NCBI GenBank assembly: GCA_951406725.2
Contig: OX597815.1
Span: forward strand, 77,996,001-78,060,000
DNA length: 64,000 nt
From: Octopus vulgaris
Lineage: Eukaryota
Direction of reading: 5' to 3'
Positions 51,757-64,000 of the stretch are shown here, piece after piece. The number at the start of each line of letters is the position of its first letter. Position 1 is the stretch's first letter. A program made the translations under genes and the position numbers. The notes under the pieces were generated by a model that did no database searches, was not told where the DNA came from, and was given only the letters and a program-made list of their open reading frames with translations.

Positions 51757-52869
51757 TTGAATATGAAGTGTACCTTATTTGGGAAAATTACAATTTCAGA
51801 ACATACATGTGTTAAAAGTCTATGTCGATGCCTATGCAGGTTATTAATCTTGCCCTGCCTAAATAATTATGGTAAGTAGCTTGCTTACCAACCACATGGT
51901 TCTGTGTTCAGTCCCACTGTGTGGCACCTTGGGCAAGTGTCTTCTACTATAGCCTCGAGCCGACCAAAGCCTTGCGAGTGGATTCGATAGACGGAAGCAG
52001 AAAGAAGCCTGTCGTATATATATATATGTATATATATGTATGTGTGTCTGTGTTGTCCCCCCAGCATCGCTTGACAACCGATGCTGGTGTGTTTATGTTC
52101 CCGTAACTTAGCAGTTCAGCAAGAGACCAATAGAATAAGTACTAGGCTTACAAAGAATAAGTCCTGGTGTCAATTTGCTCGATTAAAGGTGGTGCTCCAG
52201 CATGGCCAGTCAAATGACTAAAACAAGTAAAAAGAGTAAAAGAGCATAGATTTTTTTTTTTTTAGTTTCTGTCTGCCAACTCCATTCACAAGGCTTCTGT
52301 TGGCCCAAGGCAGCTATAGTAGAAGGCACTTGCCCAAAGTACCATGCAACCCAGAACCAAGAGATAGGTTAGCAGAAATGCAAAAATGTCAGAATCGGAT
52401 GCTGCCTTCCAGTTTCTGTATTCTGAGTAAAAAATTCCACCTAGATGACATAAAAACACCTTTGCCAACTAACAGGCAACCTAGGATGGCATAAATATCC
52501 TAAAAGGAAATGCTACCACTTAACAGATAGTGATGGGTTGAGTCAAAGGTGGGGGTTACTCCAGTATCAGTAACATATACACTGGTCAGAGGTGGACCTG
52601 AGGGGGGATGGGCCAGGGGCACGTACGTCCCTCAAGAAGTATACTCTTCTAAATAATGCTATTATGCCCTTAGGTCTCAGGTAGGTTGATATCAAAATGT
52701 TAATCCTCAATTTCTTGCAGTTATCTCCCCTTTCCTTGAAGAGTTAATTGCTTTTTAGGGGGTTTCTTTTTCCCCCCTCTTCTAGAAAGAAAATTTCATA
52801 GAAATTTTATGTTCAGTTTTCAGTATATAACCCCTTCAACTACTTACATGTCTGTAGTTAAGTAAATAG

Positions 52870-53720
52870 CAGTCCACATGAATGGCTAACATTCACTACC
52901 AGAATTAGAAGAAATTTCAGGTGCAGAAGCTAGGTCTAGAATCAAAGGGTCTTAGAGTTTATTTAGTAAAAGCCAAAGTCCTAGTAAGTAAAAATATATG
53001 AAGAAAAGGTTTTGGTAGAAACTCCATACAATGTACCCAGTGCAAGCTATGAACACATAAAAGGTGCAACAGTATCACAGGAAGGTATGTACAGAAAATA
53101 GACTTCCTCAAATGTCCAGGAGTGGTCCTTAGAAGTAGTAGATAACTTCTGTTACATAGGCAACCAAGTTAGCAGTGGAGGCGGAAGCCCTGGAAGCATA
53201 GTTGCTAGAATAAGAATGGGCTGGGCAAAATTCAGAGAGTTACTACCTTTGTTGGTAATAGAGGGCTTTTCTCTCTCAGTGAAAGGTAAATTTTATGTTG
53301 TTTGTGTACAGAACGATTATGCTACATGACAATGAAACATGGGCTGTGACTACTGAGGTCATACAAAGGCTTGAAAGAAATGAAGCCAGCATGTTCCAGT
53401 GGATGGGTAATGTCAGTATGAGTGTACATCAAAGTGTAAATGATTTAAGCAAAAAAATTGGGTATAAGAAGCTTCAGATGTGGTGTGCAAGAGAAAAGAC
53501 TGTGCTAGTATAGTCATCTGATGTGTATGGAAAATTGTGGAGGGAAAAGAAGTACCTATCTCTAATTATGAATGGAACATGTGGAAGGGGTAGACCTATA
53601 AAGATATGGGATAAAGTTGTGAGAAATGATCTTCAGTTGTTGAACCTCAAAGAGAAGATAAGAGACTGAAACTTCTGGTGATTTCCTGTGCTTGAGAAGA
53701 CATGTTCAGCTAAGTAAAAC
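52870..53720 (+). mobile_element. RTE LINE 3' fragment with Cys/His (PHD-like) insertion, decayed
   Basis: NSIQCTQCKL*THKRC, DNFCYIG, VARIRMGWAKFRELLPLL, MLHDNETWA, RLERNEASM and GRGRPIKIW. Confidence 0.85.
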
Positions 53721-54877
53721 TGCAGCCATCCATACATACAGGCATATCCTTTATGGTCATGCCCCACCACACATATACACACAAGCTGTTGTCTGTCAAA
53801 AATTCCCCTAAGAACCTATCTTTCCAACCCAAACACTGTCTTTCACATGACTTCACATACCTTCCCATATACTTTCCATGCCCTCATATCTACCATACCT
53901 AACTCCCAGCCACTCCAATTCCTCTCATCATCACTTGCTATCTCTAAATATCTCCCCTCACACTCTTATGGAGTACCCCCTTTAATCCCCTCTAATATTT
54001 ATACACTCCCCACTGTTCCCTATGGGTAAGCTCTCTCTTTCTCACTGACTTTCTCTCTCACTCTCCCACTTCTTTGTCCTACTGGGTTAGCCAAATATCT
54101 CATCTATAGTAAATCAGCTATCTCTGTCCCTCTAAACTCTTGCCATTTCTCACTGTTCCTGCTTACCACTTCTCACCATTTCACCCCCGCTCTCTGCTGA
54201 GAAGTCCTCGTTTTGCAAGGTACTTGGTGACCCTGCTGATACCATGTAAAAAGCACCCAGTACACTGTAAAGTTGTTGACATTAGGAAGGGCATCCAGCT
54301 GTAGAAACCATGCCAAAACAGACAATTGGAGCTTGGTGCAGTTCTCTGGCTTGCCACCTCCTGTCAAACTGTCCAGCCCATGTCAACATGGAATATGGAC
54401 ATTAAATGATGATGAGGATGATTACATGTATGTATTTTCTTGCTATTTAAGTTTTGAATAGACATGTAATATCTCAGTTCCTCAACATAACCAAAGTAGG
54501 GTCAATTTAAACAGATTTAAACATTAAATACAAAAAAGGACAAACAAAAAATATTGAATCAGTCAATCATTTTGAAATCCATGCAAATACCTAAATTTGC
54601 AAACCACTCCAACCAATATTGGCATGGAAAATAATAATCAGATATACTTAAAAATTAAATACAATCCTTATTTGGAGAAAAGAGAAAAGCTAATAAATTT
54701 CAAAAGAAAAGTGAACAAAATTTCCAGTGTGACATTTTCATAAAATCAATGAAATAAATTAATGTGAAATTAGTAAAAGAAAATTGTTGATCCAGTACTG
54801 TGTGATAAATGTCAAAACCTTTAACAACCAAAATCTGATGTAAAGATTAATTAATATACGAAATGAAATAGACTTAC

Positions 54878-55026
54878 ACTTTCATGAAAAGATTGTCGTT
54901 GCATGTTTGGTATGATTGTTAAGAAAATACCCTCTTCAGCATTTTTAATATTATCCATAAGCTGGGCTGGTGTATGGACTTCTGTTCCGTTAAACTCTTT
55001 AATAATATCACCTTCATGTAAAAGAC
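54878..55026 (-). CDS. MPP6: MAGUK PDZ C-terminal exon
   Basis: tttgtag|(G)LLHEGDIIKEFNGTEVHTPAQLMDNIKNAEEGIFLTIIPNMQRQSFHES|gtaagt, 149 nt. Confidence 0.93.
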
Positions 55027-55460
55027 CTACAAATAAAATAATCATTCATTTTACAATTCATACCAAATATTATTGGTCAAAAATATGAAACAAATTTTCA
55101 TTTTTACAAACATTACATCACTAGAAGTACTCTTAGCAATGTAAGCAAACCTGTTTGTTGAGGTCACAAACCACCAAAAAGCCAATACTATAAGAAATTT
55201 TCCATTTATGGTCTAATATGTCTAATACATGGAACACAGATGTAGTCCGATATATGGAAATTATCCGACATGCCTATGAACCTTTCCCTCTCTATAGCTT
55301 TTTTTATTGTGTTCTACGCACATACTTTTGGTTTACATTATTTCCTTCCTTTTTTTACTTCACCTATGTCTGCTTTCTCCCCTGTTTTTACCCTTTTCTG
55401 ACAAGTTGCAACACACCTGAGCATTGTGTAGAATAAACTCATTATAGATATAATTTTAAA

Positions 55461-58443
55461 CTTCTTAAGAACTCAGCTCTACAAGCAAGTTTCAGTCTTC
55501 GTGAAGATGGACAAATCTGGAGATTTGTTAAGACTGCTGAAACGTGGAAGAGAGATACCAGCTGGTCTGAGTGCTCTCTACCCACAATAACTGACACTGA
55601 AAAAAAATCTAAAAAGACTACAGCAATTCAGGGAAACTAAACCAGAACAACCTGCCATCCTCTACACACCATCATAAACTGCAAGCAGGGTACAAATTGT
55701 TGTCCTTAAATGCTCGCAGTTTATGCAACAAAATACATTTGTTCAATGCCTACGTCAGAAGTGTTGACCCTGACTTCATCACTGTCACGGAAACATGGGC
55801 GCATTCCTTACTCTGTGATGGGGTTTTCAACATTACGGGGTACAACCTCTTCCGTAAGGACCGCATTAACTGCCATGGTGGTGGTGTGATGGTCTACGTT
55901 CGTTCAAATTTTTCGGTAATTCCTTGTGCCGATTTGAACGAATCACAAGAAGAAGTTTTTTTCTGTGACGTACGTATGACCATGTCAACACTCCTGCTTG
56001 GCGTTGTTTATCGTCCCCCCAAATTATCATCAGGACACACAGCTTTGCGATATCCTCCGAGCTGCTGCCAGGAAAACAGCCACTTATGTTTTTATTGCAG
56101 GCGATTTCAATCATCCTGAGATCAATTAGGAAACCTTCCATTGGCCACAGAGTGCAAACGATTTTGTTGAGCTTGTACTGGACTCAAACTGGTCACAAGT
56201 AGTCACCTCTCCAACAAGAGGCGACAACACCTTGGACCTGCTCTTCACCACAACTCCTGAAGCGGTTATCAATTGCACTACGGAGGAACCTCTAGGTGAC
56301 TGATCATGCTATGATCATCGCCAATCTGGCTCTTGCGGGCAACAAAAACCTGAACCATCTCCAATCTGCTTCCTTCGATTGGAAGAGAGCAGATTGGAAC
56401 CTGTACCACACTGAACTACAGCACCCAAACTGGCGTGAATTCTACAACTCTGGAGATGTGAATACTATACTCCAGAGTATCCTGGACTCAATATGGGCAG
56501 CATGTGCAGCATCAGTGCCACGTAAACAGAAAAAGAAGAACCGCCCCAAAAGGGCAATTTGGGAAACTTCAGCGGTCCGACTTGCCAGGAAGGAACGTCG
56601 GACTGCTGAACGGGAATACAAGTTGCATAAATCAGACACCAACAGGAAGAAGCGGAATAAATCTTCCAACCATCTCAAGCAAGTGACAAAAAAGCAGTGC
56701 TTGAATTTGAACAGTGCATAGCAGCCAATCCTGACAGCAAGGTTTTCTGGAAATATGTGCATTCAAAGCAGAGACCTCACTCTCCAGTGGGCCCTCTTCG
56801 CAACCCCCACACAAACCAGATCACTGACGACCCCAAGGAATGTGCAGAACTCATTGCCGAGTGCTATGCAAACATATTCACTGTTCATCATCACTAACAG
56901 CAAATTCCATCTTCACCATCACTAACAGCAAATTCCATAACAACTATGGAATTTACACCTGCAATGCTGCGACGTCACCTTCAAAATATGCGCAACTATG
57001 CCTCCCCTGGTTTCGATGGAGTTACATACCTGCTTCTCAAACGTGGCAGGTACTTCCTTTTACACCAGCTTTCTATTTTCTTCCAGTACTGTCTCAACAA
57101 TGGTGCTACTCCGGAGCAGTGGAAAACTGCCAGTGTCATTCCTCTGTTCAAAAAGGGCGACCGCACATCACCTGTCAACTATCGCCCAGTCAGTCTCACT
57201 AGCTGTATTGCAAAACTGATGGAATCGTGTGTCAGAGAAACACTCTGGAACTTCTGGAGCTCTCACAGTCTCATCCGACCCTCACAATATGGATTTGTCC
57301 CTAACTCCAGCTGCAGTGATCAGCTTGTCGAGTTCCTTGAGGACATTACTCAGATCACTGACAGTGGCTCATGGGTGGATGTTGTCTACCTTGACTTTGC
57401 TAAGGCTTTCAACTGTGCCACACAAAAGGCTTATGGTGAAACTCTCTGCAATGGGTGTGATGGATGGCCTTTTTAACTGGTTGAAATCCTTCATTCTCAG
57501 CCGAAAGGAGGTAGTCACAGTTCTAGGACAGCATTCTACACCATATGAGATGTCATCGGGTGTACCACAGGGATCTGTCCTTGGTCCCCTCTTGTTTGTA
57601 GCATACATTAATGACAGATGCCAATTTAAAGAATGCCGCAGTATTGAAATATGCAGACGACATCAAGCTGTACCTTGAAATCAAGAGGACAGATCCTGAT
57701 GTCTACAACTCTTTCCTGCAATCAGACCTAGACACAATGCAGCAATGGATCACAGACTGGTAACTGAAACTGGGAGAAAAAACCCTGGGAGAAAAAACCC
57801 TGCATCCACATACTCCCTCCACAACACTGATATCAAGAAATCCTCTTGCATCACTGTCAGCAGTGATTTGCGTTGGACAAAGCATATCTCTAAAATTGTC
57901 AAGAAGGCCAAGGGTGTCTTGGCATCACTCAGCAAGACTTTTGTTAGCCGCTCTCCAGCCATCTATTTAAAACTGTATACAGCTGTGGTACGACCACACT
58001 TGGAATTCGCATCATCAGTTTGGAACCCCTATCTTGCTCAAAACATTGACCTCCTGGAATCTGTCCAGAGACGTGCAACCAAACGCATACCCTCCATCAG
58101 ACACCTACCATATTCTGAGCGCCTTGTTTCCCTGGGCATGGATTCACCACCTCACCAACAACAACACTGAACACCTTTTTGATCTCCATGTGTCTAACAC
58201 ATGTGGACATGCCTACAAAGTCAGAAAACAACACAGCTCCCATGACTTTCGGAAACATTTTTTCACGCTCAGAGTTGCTGAAGCATGGAATAAACTGCCT
58301 GCGTCAGTTGTTGACTGCCATGACACTGCAGCCTTTAAGGCCCTCATGCTTTCCGAAATCTGCCGTAACTACACCTGATTATATATACACTTTAGATGAG
58401 TTGTAGTGCACCTGAGCACTGTACACAATTATTATTATTATTA
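55461..58443 (+). mobile_element. CR1-clade LINE, 5'-truncated (ORF1 tail plus near-complete disrupted ORF2), antisense in MAGUK intron
   Basis: Putative ORF1 end ...TAIQGN* at 55640. APE motifs LNARSL, VTETW, RKDR..GGGV, YRPP, GDFN, LDL, DH. RT motifs NYRPVSLTS, YLDFAKAF, GVPQGSVLGP, YADD. C-terminal RPHLE, LESVQRRATK, FF..RV...WN.LP. (ATT)n tail. Confidence 0.95.
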
Positions 58444-58549
58444 TAGAAGAGCTGAGATGAAAGTGAAGTGAGCTGTTGAGACACAAAACCTTTAAACAAG
58501 AATGAGCTCAAACCACCAAGGGAGTCTCTATGAGATGCAACTATGCATG

Positions 58550-59035
58550 AATAGATTTCCTACCTGCAATGAGCTTGGCATTATTAGCACACAAAAGATC
58601 AAAGACGTACCAACCAGTTCACCATAAGGATTACGTGACATCTGTAATCTTGGTCAATGATCAAACTGATTCTTGACAAGTTTATGTCAGCACTATCTTG
58701 AGACCAGTAACAGACTTGTGAACGGTAGAGTCAACTTCAGTAAACTTTATATGAACATCTGCATGAAGAAGGATCTCAGCCACCATACCAAGTTGAAAGT
58801 CTATAGAGCCACTATTCTGTCAAATTTGCTGTAAACCAATAAGATGTGAACTGTTTATAGCAAGCATGTCAAAAAGCTCAACTGATTCTACTGGAATTGC
58901 ACTACGGGCCACATTGTTTTGGTTGGTAAAGATCTTAGATACAAGTTGTAACTGCACAGTATACTCTGCATCTACATTTCCCCACATAGTCAAACTGCAC
59001 TGGTCTGGTCTCACTGTCAGAATAGAAGACAAGTG
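58550..59035 (+). mobile_element. Old RTE (BovB-like) fragment
   Basis: DLSHHTKLKVYRATILSNLL*...TVYSKHVKKLN and KLHWSG resemble the RTE region downstream of RT. Confidence 0.65.
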
Positions 59036-59742
59036 GGGTGGGTGTTGGGTCAATAAATTGATATTTGTAATACTTTGCAGAAGGGATTGGATTTTTGAGA
59101 AGCAAGAATGATTTCTATATCTTATCTGTGGAGAAAAAAAACAGATCAGGATGCAGAAACTTTCATGAAAAAAAACCCCAAAAAAACTGAAAGCAAAATA
59201 AAGTAGTCAACTTATTAATAAAATTCATGAAATAGATAGGTTGTGCTGTGAGGGAAGAGAGATGAGGTCTGACATTATGGGCAGGACACTTATGGAAAGA
59301 GAGAGAAAAAAATAATGAAATATGTGCTAGTTTATGAAGTTATTTCAGCTTCAGAGTTTAACATAAGATAACTTAATCAACACTATCATAAAGAAATGAT
59401 ATAGAAACTAGAAAGATAAATGTAATATTATATATATATAGCACTCCCATCTCAAAAGCCATGAAGAAGAAATAGATTGGAATCCTGATATGCTAACCAT
59501 TTATTTTAGGTAGATGTTATCAGCAAACAGAATTGAGGTTCATAAGTGTAACTTTCAAATTTATTTTTGAAAGATAAATTACAAAATCTGTCAAGAAATA
59601 AACCAATTTAGAATTTTCAGTCTAGGTGATATTTATGAAAATATTACCAAAAAGTAACACATTTAACAAGAATATAGAAACATCAGCTAAATAATGGTTC
59701 TATGGAAAAAAATGTTTACATGCCAAAAATATAGTAACTTAC

Positions 59743-59821
59743 CTTGTTTAGCAATTAAGCTGCCATTCATAATCCTGGATACAACAAGTTCATTATTCTC
59801 ATCAAGTTTCACGATGATACC
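59743..59821 (-). CDS. MPP6: MAGUK PDZ middle exon
   Basis: ttctgtag|GIIVKLDENNELVVSRIMNGSLIAKQ(G)|gtaagt, 79 nt. Confidence 0.92.
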
Positions 59822-60059
59822 CTACAGAAGAACAGGTTGGAATGACAGCTATTTTACAGACCTTTTTTATTCAGAATGTACTTTATGATACACAGAGTTG
59901 TGTGTGATTGAAACAAGGATATTAAAATATCTATAGAGAAGGGAAAAGTACAAACTAAATATATACATAATCATATAAATAACTTTTAGATATTTTGATG
60001 GTATCAAGAAATTTGTTTAAATACTTGTGCATCATCATCATCATCATCATCATCGTTTA

Positions 60060-60106
<47 letters not shown>

Positions 60107-60260
60107 GAGAAATACATTCTTTATTTGGTTTCAACAAATCTAACACTACACGCTACTTATTGAAGTACTGAGTACTTTTATATATGTAAGCTTAGTTATG
60201 AAGAAGTATGTGTGTGTTAAAATAACATTGTGTACAACAATGTAAATACAAATATTAAAT

Positions 60261-60449
60261 GGCACTAGCTGTAATATGTTTCAGAGACACTTCTCAAAGA
60301 GAACTGCATGTTAAAAGACACAGACCTTGGTTCTGAATGTAGTCAAAAGATTGGTGTTGATCTGACAACGTCCTGAGCAAGCTCTGTGTTTTTTAATACA
60401 CAAGTCTCTTTGAGAAGTTTCTCTGATATGAAATACTACAGCTAGTGTT
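60261..60449. repeat. About 190-bp intronic foldback
   Basis: cactagctgta...tcagagacacttctcaaagaga...ttaaaagacacaga pairs with tctgtgttttttaa...tctctttgagaagtttctctga...tacagctagtg. Confidence 0.85.
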
Positions 60450-61082
60450 GGTGTGTATGCGCATGTACATTACAGACGTTATATACATCATTATTTCATT
60501 CTAATGCTGTTATAAGTGCATATATTGAGAGAGAGAGAGAGACAAATGCAGTTTTTTAAGTTCCTTCTTAGCTCCATTTTATATTTAAGATAACAACAGT
60601 AGTATATCTTCATAGATTTCATTGACAATCACTGCACTGAGATACACTGAAGTAACCTAGCTTTTGTGCAGATGTATCTACAAAGCTTATTTGGACTAAA
60701 CATTAACAAGTTCAAACTAAGATTAAAAGTGTTTGTAGCTGAATAGCAAACTTGTGCAATTATTACTGTTCTGTTGTCTTTGGGGGAAGTTTGTTAATTC
60801 ATTTCACACCCAGTAATTCCTAAGTACTGCCATTTAGCACCAGTTTGTGTAGTGTTAAATGAAGATGATACAAATATCACACTGAATAAAACCTATAAAT
60901 CTCCTACCTATTCCCTGGAAAGATAAACTGAAGCAAGTAACACTGTTTTTCTCAGAAATAAAATGTCCAATACCTATTCTCCAGCTAAATTTGTGGTTCC
61001 TAACATTTTCCTAGCAAAAGTAATATCATATACGATAAGGATTATGAAAATTTAATTTTCTAATAACTACTTAATACATTTT

Positions 61083-61159
61083 TCAAATTGAACTCCATAC
61101 AGTATATTGGGTGATCAAATTGAACTCCATACAGTACTGTAGGTGATCAAATTGAACTC
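61083..61159. repeat. 32-bp tandem repeat, 2.4 copies
   Basis: tcaaattgaactccatacagta...ggtga repeated with period 32. Confidence 0.85.
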
Positions 61160-63061
61160 AAAAATAAACTTTTGATTCAGTGCATAAAATACAAATACAA
61201 ATTAAGAAATTAGAAAAGAAACTTTAAACAGTTGTGAACATAAAACTAAATGACTTCTTTGTTGCTACCTCTCATTCATGACTTCAAAATCTGGAACTTT
61301 CTTACTGACTGCAATCTGCAGGTCTGACTGTGGACTGAAGAGGTTCCCAAATTTTGTGTTGATTGATAAAAGAGACTGAAATCTAGATTTACACAAATAT
61401 GTCACTGCAAATAAAATGAGGATAATTTTTGGTCATTATCTCTTTTACACATTTTATAAAAACTCACCTGGGACCAACCCTGATTCAATCATACAAACTT
61501 TCTCATCTAATGTGATTTAAATTCAACAAGCCACCAGCTTAATAATGGCAAGGTTATTTTACTAAATTCTTCATTATCTCCAAAATTAAAAAGAAATGCA
61601 GTGTATTTTTTAAAAAATATGGTATCAAAAGGGTTAAGAGTTAAATCTATGTACATAGCACGTAAAATACACCAATCCGACCGTGGCCGTTGCCAGCCTC
61701 GCCTGGCACCTGTGCAGGTGGCACGTAAAAAGCACCCACTACACTCACGGAGTGGTTGGCGTTAGGAAGGGCATCCAGCTGTAGAAACATTGCCAGATAA
61801 GACTGGAGTCTGGTGCAGCCTTCTGGCTTCCTAGATCCCCGGTCGAACCGTCCAACCCATGCTAGCATGGAGAACGGACGTTAAACGACGATGATGATGA
61901 TAGTGCTTAGAAGAATAAAGCTATTTTAATAAAGAATATATATTTCCCTATTTGTCACACCCAAAAATGCTACCTCATATTCCAGGTAAAGAACTCCTGA
62001 ACAAGATAAATTAATACAATATACAATGATTAATTTACACAGTAATGAAAAATAATTGCAACAGTTAATTAGGATTCAATAATTCATTTTACATCACATA
62101 ACCCAAGGTATTTCTCCTTTAGCTAAGGCTATCAATTATCCTCTCTGAAACTGTCAAGAAAATATGTACCATTTCCACTTCAAGACAAATTAGTTGGCTT
62201 GGTTCAAAGAAGCAGATGCATTTTCAAATTAACCTGAAAATTTTAAGTGTCAATTCTCACCAGATTTTATATTTTAATATCTGTCTTTCCATGTTAAAAT
62301 GGGTTGGACAGATCTGCTATTTGATAAATTACTCCTTATCTTAATCTTACACAATCTTGTTAGTGAAACCATACCACTTCTCATGCCTTCCCCTACTACT
62401 GTCAGCAGATAACATTGTTCCTTTCCCACCAGCTGTCATTGTCTGTTCACATCATTTGTTCATAAGAGTGAAGTCATCTATCTTCTAATGATGGTTTTGA
62501 TTCCTAGCCAATTTCTCAGCCCACTTGTACCACACCTTCAATGGAAAATTATTACATTTGATGGCATAAAAGATGCCTAGGCATATTAGACACGCCTCTA
62601 TTGCAGCAGAATATATTCAGGAAAAAGTTTTTAGTGCATTAAAGTTTATGGGATGCACATCTTTCGCATATAGGACCTGGGGTAATGTTTTTGTGTGCTT
62701 GAGAAGACTCGCCAAACTAAGTAAAAGCATGGTCGCTCTTGCATACATGGTCACCAGCATCCCTCACTGGTGCTATGTAATAAGCACTGGTACCAGTGAC
62801 ACATAAACACACCCGTGCTGGTGCTGCATAAAAGCACCCAGTACACTCTGTAAAATGGTTGGCATTAGGAAGGGAATCCATCCATAGAAATCCTGTCAAA
62901 ACAGACGTGGAGCCTGGGCAACTCTTCAGTTGGTCAGCTCCTGTCAAACCATCCAACCCATGCCAGCATGGAAAACAGATTATGATGATGACAAATTTAA
63001 AAAAAATTGCATTATATATGCTATTAAACACAGTAATTAAATAAATATATTAAAAACTTAC

Positions 63062-63211
63062 CAGTGGTTCGTTCTTGTTCTTCCTTATTCTTACTAACCG
63101 AATGGAACCTTCAACTAAGGAAAATACTGGAGGAGGAGGTGAATCAAGCTGGAAGGTGTTGACTTCATCAAAATTCTTTTTCGATATTTCGTCGTGAGCA
63201 AGTAACAGTGA
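63062..63211 (-). CDS. MPP6: MAGUK exon spanning the end of L27 and the start of PDZ
   Basis: ctctgcag|SLLLAHDEISKKNF...EGSIRLVRIRKNKNEPL|gtaagt, 150 nt. LL.AHD ends an L27 domain; EPL|G is the PDZ carboxylate loop. Confidence 0.92.
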
Positions 63212-63696
63212 CTGCAGAGATGGAAATAAATCATGACAAGATGTCCAATGATAATTGTTCAATATCTACATGTTTGGAGAGAGTCATTTCTTTTTTTTTT
63301 ACTCAGTTTTGAACAAGGAATTATTTATTACAGTTTCTGATATATGTAGTTCTCAATATATTCTAATATATTTCTTTATTTTAACAGTATTATTAGTGTT
63401 GTTAGTGAAAGAACACAAGATAGTATAACTATATTAATGAAATACTGTTGGGTTGATTAAAATTACTACAGGTGAAAGGGGTAAAAATCTAACCTAACTG
63501 TAACTGATATTCTGATACAGAGATACACCTGATAACTCTGATGAAGGACAAAAACACTTACCCAAGGAACATTAATATAACCCCCATCTCTTTTTGCATT
63601 AATGTAACAAGTTATTAAATTGTACATGCAACTTAACATAAAATTGGTTGAAATACTTACAAATCTTAACCAGACAAAAGAGAGAGAGAGAGAGAG

Positions 63697-63731
<35 letters not shown>

Positions 63732-64000
63732 ACACACTGTATTAAAGTCTTATATCAGCCAAATTACCAAATCATTTCATGCCAGAAATGGGGCTGCAAA
63801 TCAACAATCATCAGAAATGGAAGAAGCTATACTGTCCCATTCAGTCATTGCTGGATTTGCCCACCATTTCTGGCAGGAAACCAGTGTTGCAGTTGATGAT
63901 GATGACGATGAAGAAGGAATGGGGAAAGGGAGGATTTGAAAAAAAATACATTTTCCAAAAATTTTTCTTTTACCAAAAGGCGTCTCCCATCATTTTTAAG

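Noticed and set aside
55697-58378. Active LINE ORF2
   Set aside because: Broken into many frames by indels and stops; ORF1 is mostly missing.
61083-61159. CRISPR-like 32-bp periodicity
   Set aside because: Units are adjacent with no unique spacers, there are only 2.4 copies, the context is a eukaryotic intron, and no cas genes are present.

Overview
AT-rich, microsatellite- and SINE-dense eukaryotic DNA. The repeat landscape most resembles an octopus (coleoid cephalopod) genome; this is an inference. Most ORF-track entries are spurious or transposon relics. Two convergent spliced genes were assembled by hand from GT-AG exons. (1) On +, the last two coding exons (6701-6802, 8966-9259) of a PDZ plus coiled-coil protein ending in -EFVV. 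(2) On -, eleven in-frame exons (63211 down to 34189, 450 aa plus stop) of a p55-subfamily MAGUK of MPP6/MPP2/varicose type (end of L27, PDZ, SH3, HOOK, GK), including a 21-nt microexon; its 5' part is probably outside the window. Transposon relics: a decayed piggyBac and about 210-bp TTAA-flanked MITEs, a full-length decayed mariner, two DD37D/maT deletion derivatives, an irritans-type mariner derivative, a 3-kb CR1 LINE, several RTE and R4/Dong LINE fragments, and four SINE-like families. The most unusual signal is a set of short non-coding elements carrying type-I hammerhead ribozyme motifs with a minimal stem III and an enlarged stem II. One is a 556-bp foldback with a hammerhead on each strand (15890-16445), probably Penelope-related. 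Repeat boundaries are approximate.
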